From Octopus sinensis (lineage: Eukaryota): 64,000 nucleotides of DNA. The notes under the pieces are model-generated. The model ran no database searches and was not told where the DNA came from. It was given only the letters and a program-made list of their open reading frames with translations. The stretch is taken from NCBI RefSeq assembly GCF_006345805.1, contig NC_043006.1:61256001-61320000 (forward strand), in the 5' to 3' direction. Positions 53,117-64,000 of the stretch are shown in pieces. Position 1 is the first letter of the stretch, and each line of letters begins with the position of its first letter. The position numbers and the translations under genes are program-made.

Positions 53117-53612
53117 TCATGAATATAGACAACGTAAAGGATAGAGAAAGCTATTGATACCGAAAGTGAATAAAAGTAGCGATGATTGTACATTTATTGA
53201 AGACATGTTTTTTTTTTTGTCTTTTAATTCTTACATATATTATTTCAGAAATTCCATTAATTTAATGCGAATGTTTTCAAGAGTGTAATAAATCAATTCA
53301 AACTATCATTTTCTGCTTGCACAAACAGAAAATATTTCCCTAAAAATAAAAATCACTTCACTGCATTTCCTGCCTTCGTTTTTCTGTTTTTTTTCTTTCA
53401 TTTTCTGTCCATATGGCCTTCAGATAAACACTTTCAGATTGGTATATATGTTGATATCGACACATGCGTACATATTTAGAAGGTATTCACGTACACATGT
53501 TCCCATACACACCGCCTCCTCACTATCTCTGTCTCTGCAAAATATGTGTGTGCGTGTATATATATATATGTGTGTGTATGTGCGTGTGTGTGTATGTATG
53601 TATATATATATG

Positions 53613-53667
<55 letters not shown>

Positions 53668-54013
53668 ATGTGTGTGTGCGCATGTGCGCTGGTGCTCATG
53701 CGTGGGTGTACAGAGATGTGTGGATATGTATATATATATATGTATACACAGTCGCGCCGCATATGTTTACATTGAATGTCTGAGGGTAAGGAAGAGGCCG
53801 AGGTACTCAGACATAACCACACCGGTTAAATTCTAAAATTCGTTCAATAAGAATTAAATATTTTTACGCTTTCTTCCTTTCACATAAATCATGCACATAC
53901 ACGCACGCACGCACGCACGCACGCACACAACCACACATACACTTACACATGCTCAAATGCATATATATATGTATATACGTGTGTGTGTGTATATACATAC
54001 ATGCAAATATATA

Positions 54014-54067
<54 letters not shown>

Positions 54068-54788
54068 GAGTTAATATAGGTAGAGACAAAGGTAGCGATT
54101 AATACATATAAGTTTGCAGTTCTGGACTCCCTGAACATACACATATCGATTACATAAGGTGCTTAGTTATATGTACATATCCCAAGAAAGAAAAAAAGTT
54201 GTGTTCTAATTTTCTCATATGCAATTGTGTTCATCTGATAAACGCATATGATATCTATTGGAGATATTAAAAAGCACACTCATGTAAATAACTTTACAAT
54301 TGAAACTTAAATCATCCGTGTATGTAAAATGTTGTACGTTATCTATTTCTAGAAATCAGAAATTACCTGTGTGCAGTCTTGATAAACATTTTAACAGGAA
54401 GATTAATTTTACTATATTTCTTAGATATATCACACGAATTTGATGTTGAAATTAATTATTTACTGAATGTGAGCAAGAGCTGATTTAATTCAATTTTATT
54501 ACATGCCATGATTTATGTATGTTTAATTAATATTATGTTTGAATTTTGTATTCAGCTTGACATTTCTAATAAGTGCGCAATATCTCTGTATATGTAGTCG
54601 AGACTTTTCATTAAGTGAAAATAAATTCGTGTTGAGATAGTTGTAAATTCCCCCAGAAACGCCAATTTGTACTCCTTAGTTTACGTTGAGTTCATTTCGT
54701 TAGACAGGTGAATATAAGAATCAATCGGACTACAGGACACGGCTTTTCAAATTCATAATATGATTCACAGTCTGTCTCTTGTATATAT

Positions 54789-54884
<96 letters not shown>

Positions 54885-54908
54885 CACACACACATACACA
54901 CACACACA

Positions 54909-54942
<34 letters not shown>

Positions 54943-55197
54943 TATATATATATATGCAACGTCGCTACCAGGAATAAAACGCATGACGGAGTTAAATGGG
55001 TTTTGTGAGTGGGTGTATGAGAGAGAGGGAAAGAGTGATAGAAGAAAGAAAGAAAGAGAAATATGAGGAAGGATTAGAAAATAAGTTAGTGGTAATAATG
55101 CAAAATTAACAATAAGCAAGCAGTAAAATCAAAAATAATAAATATAAATAAAAATAATAAAAGAAGATAAAAGAAAAAAGTAATGATAGATATATCT

Positions 55198-55399
55198 GCA
55201 ACGACCGTGCGAAGCGAGGTGACGAAGATAGCTCCTTCGTACATCACACGGCCAATACAATAAATATAAAAAGAATAAAGCATATATGTACCAGAGGGAA
55301 AAGAGAGACATATATGCATTCTTCTTTTGATATTTATTGCATCGACAGAATGACGTACTAAGGAGCCATTCTCGTCACCTCGCTTCGCACGGCCATTAC
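55198..55399. repeat. ~200-bp imperfect inverted repeat; one arm recurs at about 55880-55960
   Basis: ccgtgcgaagcgaggtgacga...gcatatatgt pairs with acatatatgc...tcgtcacctcgcttcgcacgg, with an 18-nt central loop. Confidence 0.75.
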
Positions 55400-56820
55400 A
55401 AATTGGTGACCCGATTAAAACATGCATTCCTTTCCGTAGTTCACTACCAGCTTTCATTTTATTTTAATGGCCAACCATTCTCTCTAATTTCACCTCTTCA
55501 CTACAGAAATATCTTTTTTTTTATCGTCCATTTTATCATAACCGGCTCTGCATCATCGCCGCAACTTCTTGATACAGTATTTCAGCTATCGTGTACAATT
55601 GGCTACGAAGTGGTGTTTATCATTGATGTGTCTATGAACATTCTTCTAACTTCTCATTATAGACTCTTTCAATTTGTTCTTCATTACTAAACTTATCTGT
55701 ACTTATCGCACACACATACATCCATACCTATACACACACACATACACTTTGTTATTATGACGGCCTGCCTGTTATTCTGTATATATGACGCACACAGTTA
55801 CACATGTTAACATATCAATATATCTTAAACATTCTACCCGACTGTGTCTCTTTTTTCACTCTGGCACATATATGCGTTATTCTTTTGATATTTATTGTAT
55901 CGACTGTGTGATGTACTAAGGAGCCATTCTCAACACCCCGCTTTGCACGGTCGTTACATATCCTAAATGGGTTTCGTGAGGTGAGCGAGTGTGCATTGGA
56001 GAGAAAAGAAAGGGAATAAAATATAATGGCATACAGGAAACAGGGTAAAGAATAATAAGATAAAAATAAACAAATAAAAGTAAGCTTAACGATATAGAAA
56101 TGTCATTATTGTACGGGGACTGGAAGTCAAAACGTTAATGTTTCAGTAGACTGTGAGTGGCAAGCCAATCTAGGTAAAGTTATTAGAACAGTAATTCAGT
56201 GCATATATTTCAAATTGCATTTCAGGCTTCATAACCATTAAATGATATTTGATAAATGATTAAGAATTAAACCTCAAATTGAAAATTAAAATTTTAAAAC
56301 TAAACTTAAAATAAGTTTATATCTGAGAGGGAAGAAGTGTTATTTCCGTTAGCCTACTGGACCTCCTGTGGTTTTATAAGAATTTTGGCTCCGTCCATTT
56401 TGATGTCACTGAGTGTGTGTTGTGCGTAGGTTGGCCGGACAAATGTCATTTGGGGTCACACTTTCTATGATCATTTTGTGGAGGTATATGTGTGTGTGTC
56501 TGTGTGTCCGTGTGTGTTTGTGTGCGTGCGTGTGTGTGTGTGTTTGGAGAAGGGGAGAGAGACAAAAAGAGACAAGGGAAAATAAAAATAAAAATAAATA
56601 TAAAAATAAAAATAAAAAAAACAATAAAAATATAAAAATATAAAAATATTTTAAAAAAATAAATAAATAAAATATAAAAAATAAATAAAAATAAAAATAA
56701 AAATAAGGGAGGAAGTGGAGAAGAAAAAAATATTTTTGTGTGTTGATATTTATACCAATACATATATATACACACACAGACTTATACGTAAAATATTTGA
56801 AAAAAAACTTTTTATCGGTT

Positions 56821-57365
56821 CAAAATGAACAACCAAATTATATCATCTTGAAAATTGTATATCATAGGAAAGTTAAAATTAAAGTGACAATTAAAAGGTA
56901 AAGATGGAAGTGAATTATAAAGATAATAATATAATATAATGTATATAACAGGCAATACACATATCTATACACACACAGATATATTATATATACATATACA
57001 CACACAGACATATACTAAATGTTCTACTATATTAGATTGTAAATCGAAAGATGCGTCCTTCAATGTCACTATATATATATATATATACATGCTTACACAT
57101 GAAATATTAGGGAAAAATCCACCTTCTAACGAATCAAAATGAACAATCAAGTTACACCATCTTGAAAATTGCATATCATAGGAAGGTTAAAGTTAGAATG
57201 ACAATTGGCAAGTAAAGATCAAGTAAATTGCAAAAACAATATAATGTATGTAACAGGTAACATATACACACACACATACCTATATATATATACATACACA
57301 CATATATTAAATGTTCCACTGTATCATATTGTAAATCGAAAAAAATTGTTTGTCCTTCAATGTAT
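56821..57365. repeat. Tandem duplication (~314-bp period) at the 3' end of the Penelope element
   Basis: caaaatgaacaa... at 56821 and 57135, with matching downstream blocks (aaatgtt...gtccttcaatgt). Confidence 0.75.
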
Positions 57366-60300
57366 GTTTTTCCATATTCCTCCTGAAGGTGGTGTCGTTC
57401 TTCGGACACTTGTAGAAGGGAAATATCTTAAATTTTCCTTCTCCACATGGAGCTAGGTGTGTGCTTAGTGATATTTTGCGTAGTTCTTCCTGCCGAATAT
57501 GTTGTCGGTGGATCCTGGCTCGCTGACACAAAGAATTATCAGTTTCACCTACGTAATTCTCCTTGCACGTGGGGCAGGTTATGCAGTATATGACGTTCTG
57601 CGTCTTGCAGTTCATATCTGCATTTACTTTGAATATGTCACCATTTTTAAATCTTATCTCTCTGTTGCTCTCTATGTATTTGTAGGTGGGGTTGCTGCAG
57701 GTCCCACATCTACCATCTCCGCACTCTTTTGCAAAGAATTCCGTTTTAGTTTCTGAAGAGAATTTCGCTCTTGTTAGGTGTTTTTTTAGGTTTTTGTCCT
57801 GTCGTCTACTGTTTTTTATGCTATATTTGTTTAATATGTTTTTCATTTTGGGGCTTTGTAAGGCTATTGGTAGGTTTGAATGTATGGTTTGGAAGATGTT
57901 GGTAACTCCAGAGTTGTGTGTGTTTATAAAAGGGATAGTGTTTTCTTTGTTTTTTGTTTTGGGTGTCCTGCGTTGTGTGATGTCTAGTTTTAATGCTCTT
58001 GTGATTCCATTTTCTATTAGTTTAAGGGGGTATTTTTGCTCTAGGAGGAAGCTTTTGAGTTCATCTAGTCTTATTAATCGTATTTGTGAATCAGTTACTA
58101 TGCTACATATTCGTCGTGCCATACTATATGGTATGTTTCTTTTTGTGTGGGATGGGTGGCAGGAGTGGAAATTTAAGTATTGATGTGTGTCAGTTTTTTT
58201 TGTAGTGGATGTCTGTTGTGACGATAGAGTTGTGTATTTTGATGTTGATGTCTAGGAAGGGAAGTTCGTTGTGGCTGGTATCTATTGTGAAATTGATAGA
58301 TGGGTGCAGCGTATTGAGGATGTTGTGGAATGTTTGTAGGTCCTCTTCTGATCTGTTCCAAAAGATGAAACAGTCATCGAGGTAGCGTTTCCACTTTTTC
58401 TTGATGTCTTCTCTGAAGTCGTGTTCGAAGACTTTCCCTATTTCGTCATATAGTTTTTTCTCCAGGAAGCCCATCACCAGGTTGGCATATGAAGGTGCGA
58501 ATTTTGTACCCATAGCCGTGCCTTTTATCTGTCGGTATGTCTTGTTGTTGAATGAGAATGTGTTTTCTTCTAGTATTAGTTGGGTGGCTTGGGTGATAAA
58601 TTTTGTCTTGAAGCGTTCGTCTATAAGTTCTCTGTATTTTTCTATTGATTGTTTTATAGCTTCTAGACCTAGGGTGTGTGGTATGTTTGTGTATAGATTT
58701 GTGACATCAAAGCTTGCAAGTATGGTGTTTTTCGGGACTGTATTTGGAATGTGTGTGAGCAAGTCTATGTCATCCCTTATGTAGCTTGGAATCTGTGGGC
58801 ATAAAGGTTTGAGGAGTATATCTATGAAGTGGCTTAGTTGTTGTGTTGGTGCCTGGGGTCCTGCCACTATTGGTCTCATTGTGAGGTCTGTAGGTCTTTG
58901 TACTCTTATATAGTGGTTCCTCTGTTCCTTTATGGCTCTCTGCATTTCCGAGCTTTTATGAATTTTAGGTAATCCATAAAAGTTGCTTTCTTTGGTTTGT
59001 GAGTTGCATAGATAGTCTTCCTCCTTATCTGTAAAGGAGTCCTGATATTCATTGACTAAAGTTCTAATTTTTCTTATTGTTGTTTTCTCCGGTGGTGTTG
59101 GTTCCTCTTTGTAATATGTTGTTCAGTAACTCTAGTATCTTTTCTTTGTAGTAATCTGTGTCCATAATTAATCCACCTTTGTCAGCTTCTTTTATAACGA
59201 TTGATCTGTCATTTTTCAGTTTTTGTAGGGCTTGTTTTTCTTCTCTGCGGAGATTCTGTTTGCATTTGTGTGTGTGAAGAGGGAATTTGGATATTGTTTC
59301 TATGTATGTGTCAAGGTGTTTGTCACTTCCCTTGTAAGGGGTGAAGTGGGATTTTTTTCTTATGATTGAGTTATCATCTGTTTCTTTATTTTCAAAGAAT
59401 TCCATAAGGCGGAGGTAGCGGCTGAAGTTGTCCATGTCAGTTTTTAGTTCTATGAGGTTTGGAGTGGGTGTAGGTGTAAATTTGAGGCCTTTTAGTAGTA
59501 GGTTCATTTCATATTCGTCAAGTTCTCTTTTAGATAAGTTTATTATTTTGGGGTCTATGTGTTTTGGGAGTTCATCCGGAATTTTTGGTGTATTGGGTCT
59601 GGAGTATGGTTGAAGTATCCTCTCCCTAAAAAATGGGTTGTGTTGTTACGTCTCCAAATTCCATTTTCAGTTCTTAGGTTTTCTTGTAGTTGGGGTGGTC
59701 TGTGTGGTCTGTATGTGTTGTTTTGTCTTTGGTAGTTGTTTTCTTCCCATCTTCTGTTTTTGTTGAGCCAATATTTATTACTGGGGTTCAGGTTTCCTTG
59801 TGGGTAGGTGGATGGTTCATGTATTGTGTTTGTATTGTATTGATAGTGGGAGTTGTTTTTTATCCATCTTGGAAATTTGTGGGGTTGCATGGGGTTGGTG
59901 TTTATGTGGTTTCGATTTCCGTGATGTTTGTTGTAGGTTATGTGTTGATTTCTATCCATTTGTATATTGTTCCATGTGTGTGTCCCTTTAGGGTGTCCAG
60001 TGTTATGTGTTGGTCGTTGTTCATATTCTATTTGTTCTCTCCAAGTGTTATAGGTTGTTGGTTGTATGTATTGTGCTCGTCTTGCTGTTGGTGTGTTTGT
60101 TTTTGTGGGGTTTTGGGTTGATGGTTGTCTTTCATATTTTGTGTATCTGTTAATTTGGGGGTTCGGCAGTGTAAGGAGCGGGATTTTGGTTTGTGTTTGG
60201 TAGGGCTTATTTTGATGTCTGGGAGTCCAATATGTTTGTGGTGTTGGTTTGTTGTATCTATTCATTTGTTTTGGTAGTTTTTTTTGTCTTCATAATTGAT

Positions 60301-61184
60301 TCTTCCCCATAATTCTTTTCGTAGTTTAAAAACCACTCCTGCTGTTTGGTCCACATAATTCTGGATCTTTCCTCCTCTCGTTTGGTATCCTCTTTCCATA
60401 ATTGTTGTAGTTTTTCTTTGTTTTGATTATTGTTCCTTTCTGTTATCTCGGCCATTATGACGATATCGATTGTTTTAATCTTATCTTCCTGGTGTGTGCT
60501 TCGTGTTTGTAGAAGGGAAATTTCCGTTTCTAGTCGGCAGAGGGCTAGGTTTGCACGTATTGTTGTTTCTTCTAGTGTTTCACCCCTTATTTCTTTGATA
60601 AGAAATTTTCTAGGGAGTATTGGGTTCTTCAAGTCCCGCCAGTTTTGATATATATTGGCTATGTTCTTACAGCGTATGTTTTTCCAATAAGCATATTTGC
60701 GTTGGTTTAGAAGTTTGTTCCAGTCTTGGGGTTTTGAAGGTTTTTCTTGGTTTGTGTCAGTTTTTGTTTCTTCGTCATTTGTTGTCCTTTGTGATTGGGG
60801 TAGTCCCGCCAGAAGGTTTGTGTTGTCAGTTGTGTTTGCTTGATTATTTTTACAGAGAATATTTTGTGTTTGGATTGTATTTATTGTTAAAGCAATGTTT
60901 GCAAAGAGCGTATCAATTTTTGAGAGAAGCGAATTTAACATACTACAGGTTTCTGTGAGTAGATCTTCCATGCTTCTGGTATTTCCCTGTTGAAGATGTG
61001 CTTCTGTCTTGTTTATTTCGGCATTGCATATTTTGCAGATTTGTGTTAGGTCTTCTGCGTGTTTGGTATAAGCCTGTTTGGGGTCTGGTTCTGTTCCATT
61101 CCTTTCAATATTTTCTGTAGTTTTGGTATCTTCTGTTTGTGGATCTGATATTAGTCCATCCATTCTGATGTCATGTACATCCAA
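57307..61184 (-). mobile_element. Near full-length Penelope-like retroelement (N-terminal extension + RT + GIY-YIG), ORF disrupted
   Basis: Collinear ORFs 60258..61184, 59555..60265, 59064..59507 (LKGLKFTPTP, ADKGG), 58190..58945 (MRPIV, FDVTNLYTNIP, GTAMGTKFAPSYANL, RYLDD, LPFLD) and 57307..58122 (MARRI, CG..RC.TC, NVIYCITCPTCKENYVGET). Confidence 0.92.
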
Positions 61185-61413
61185 ATATATGTATCGGAAG
61201 GTTTGGAGATGATGTACAGGTATTATATATTAGAAAAAATGAGGTAATCAGATCGGATGGTTCATATTTGTAGATATTTATTTATATATTACATTTTTTA
61301 CATATATATCATATCATTCAGATCATATCATTCGGATTAGCGCTTTCTCCCAATCTAGTGGGGTTTTCAAATCAAATCAATTGTGGGGAATTTGAACATT
61401 TTATATACATATA

Positions 61414-61445
<32 letters not shown>

Positions 61446-61484
61446 CATTTGCATATACATATATATATATATATACATATGCAT

Positions 61485-61573
<89 letters not shown>

Positions 61574-61599
61574 TACATAAGAAAATGTAATGACCGTGG

Positions 61600-61805
61600 A
61601 TTAATGTGTTATCCCTGTTGATTTTCTTTGCATTTGGATCTATGGAAGAATTTAAAGCTCTGATAGAAACTATAACATGTGGAAAAAGCTTGGATTTGCT
61701 CAATTTATATATTAATATTTGGAAGGCTTCTTTTAGGCATAGTCCAAAAGTGGATCATTGCCTTTGGTATGGAACCTCGGAATCTATTATTGCCTAGGAG
61801 ATCCT
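61600..61805 (-). mobile_element. Inverted copy of part of the downstream PLE
   Basis: The reverse complement contains ccacttttggactatgcctaaaagaagccttccaaatattaata, matching 63823-63867 with one mismatch. Confidence 0.7.
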
Positions 61806-62279
61806 TTATTAGATAGTGTATAGTTTGGGCTAGGGAGGTAGATTTGCTGTAACTCACATACTTAAATGAGTATATTTATGCTTCAACGGTTGTAAGACTT
61901 CAAATCCAGAAACGGCTGTAAAACTTCAAATTCACCTTACCCTAATGAGATTATTCTAAATGACTTGAGATACTCATTCTGCATTGGCTTTGATTTTTTC
62001 CTCTAATATAATATGTACATACTATAACGGAATCCTAACACGGATCCCTGAATCCAGCATTAGCTGTGATCTTGGAACATAATGGTTGACCAACTATAGC
62101 ACTTACCTAGCGTGCCTATTAGTTTAGATCACAAGTGAACTAAACTCATCATATTCTTTATCATTGCCATTAGGAGCACTCAGTATAGGTATTGCTCAAT
62201 ATGGATAAACAAATCCTTGGCATATCACTTAAGGGCATACTTATTCCCTCTCAAAATACTTTCCTCCTATTTCTACTTA

Positions 62280-64000
62280 GCAAAATAAATGACCTTATCA
62301 GAAGGATGAGGTGAACGGCTTTCTTCTACGATAATAGGCACATGTTTGATATTAGTATTAATAGATATAATCTTAAATCCCACAAAAACCCTCCTCACAT
62401 CCCTATCTGGATAAATTCCAAGCTGACATACTCAACACGTATGAGAACTTAAAATTCTCATAACATTAATCTTTATTCAAAAAACACCTTTCTAAAACGA
62501 TCAAACGTATCACTTTCTCAAACGTCTTCTTGGATGAAACTGGAAATATATCTTCTCTTAATACTGAAGAATACATTGACATCATTAGAAAGGAATTATA
62601 CAAGTTCTACAAGATAGCCCCGGCGTCCTCACACGATACTATCAGCACCAACTTTGTAAATTAGTAAATAAACTAGACGATCGCACAGAGCCTTACAACC
62701 GAAAAGCTCCGCATTTCTACCTTAAAGAGCACAAAGCAGATTTCATAACCAAACCATCTACAAGGCTCCTCTGACCTACCAAATTACACTTAGGACGTAT
62801 CAGTAAAAATAGACTAGACAATATAACACTTAACGAAAAAAAATAGACGTCACAGGTGAAGTTATCTATTTTCAACAACTTGCAAACTAAATCACTTATC
62901 ATTTCTACACTTTGACATCAACAATTACTACACTTCTGTATCCCCTATCCTCCTTAAGAAAGCTCTCATTCTAGTTAAAAACCTAACTAAATTGATACCT
63001 TTTGAAACAGACGCAATTTTAACTGCCATAAAGACACTCATCTCCTTCGATGATAAGGTACCCACAATAAAACAACTTCTTCGATATAACTACGGACACT
63101 ACAGACTCCGCTCAGGTCACAGATTTCGTCGGATCATACCTCCTCCATCAACTCCGCATGTGTTTCCCTTAACTCAAAGGGGTTTGTATAGGGACGATGC
63201 ATTTTTCGTTACTGCGGGCCTAAATAAATCAGAATTAGAGAAAACTAAAATAAAAAAAAATGTAAAGTATAAAAAGCCATCTCAATATGGCTTTCATCGT
63301 GACCTGGTGGTTACCGCCCGTTGATAAGAGACAATAATCTCGAAATCGGTCCGTGCGTATCGCTCAGGCTTGCGAGGAAGGGATGGCCTCCATTTGCAAA
63401 TACTTCAAGGGCACAGAAAGTGTGCCTAAAGTCAGCTGGAGACGATGATCTCCTGGGGCTATAAAGCTACAGTAACAACCCCACGTTGTGGTTAGCCATA
63501 TTGAGATGGCTTTTATACTTTACATTGTCGAGCGGGTACTGTTTACATCTCGCTCTGGGATTTAATAATGCCTAAAATAAAAAAAACTTCCATAAATTCT
63601 TTGCTAATTTCAACTTATCTATCTCCTTTGAAACACTTACAAAAAGGTACTTACTATTATTTTGGAAGAGAGAAATTCTGCACATATAAACACTTTAAAT
63701 TATGTGGAGCATAGCAAATCTAACTCCGTAGCCAACCATATACACCATCTAATAAGTAGGAAGATACCATACAGGATATCCGGGGCTATAATAGAATCTG
63801 GGGTCTCATACCAAGCAGCGTTCCACTTTTGGACTATGCCTAAAAGAAGTCTTCCAAATATTAATACATAATTCACCACAATTAGTAAATATAACAGAAA
63901 CAGAGCTTTTTCTACACGTTTTCATAGGTCATCACCCCTTAAGTCCTTTATCCAAATGCAAACAAAATCAACACGGATAGCACAACCATCCAAGGTCGTT
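62280..64000 (+). mobile_element. Decayed Penelope-like RT (GLYRDD type), interrupted by an insertion, runs off the window
   Basis: FYLKEHK.DF...PSTRLL.P.KLHLGRISK (about 62715), FDINNYYTSV (about 62910), GLYRDDA (63181), resuming after 63586 with FHKFFANFNLSI and NYVEHSKSN. Confidence 0.75.
63261..63571 (+). mobile_element. 311-bp insertion with ~15-bp TSD, internal inverted repeat and degenerate hammerhead
   Basis: ctaaaataaaaaaaa at 63245-63259 and 63572-63586; inverted repeat 63258-63292 versus 63493-63526; cgcccg-TTGATAA-gaga-caataa-tctc-GAAA-tcgg-T-C-cgtgcg at 63315-63357; body homologous to 48461-48670. Confidence 0.75.

Noticed and set aside
59690-60958. Plus-strand hydrophobic ORFs (59690..60121, 60620..60958), and similar antisense ORFs over the Dong elements
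   Set aside because: Antisense shadows of the A-rich retroelement coding strand.

Overview
AT-rich, microsatellite-saturated eukaryotic non-genic DNA with no protein-coding host gene that I can support. The repeat families look like those I recall from Octopus genomes; this is an inference, not a search result. The window is a graveyard of mobile elements: several tRNA-derived SINE families, a decayed mariner, MITEs, non-autonomous and fossil autonomous Helitrons, a cluster of R4/Dong-type REL retrotransposons on (TAA)n microsatellites, RTE fragments (one 5'-inverted), and many Penelope-like (PLE, RT + GIY-YIG) remnants of two RT types (YLDD and GLYRDD). There is also one tRNA-Asn(GTT) gene or pseudogene. 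The strongest unexplained signal is RNA-level: about nine hammerhead-ribozyme motifs (CUGANGA...GAAA...UH with palindromic stem III) from at least six short repeat families. These include a perfect foldback with a ribozyme motif on each strand, a tRNA-headed SINE-like element ending in a hammerhead, and a 352-bp retrozyme-like unit. All alignments were done by eye and boundaries of decayed elements are approximate.
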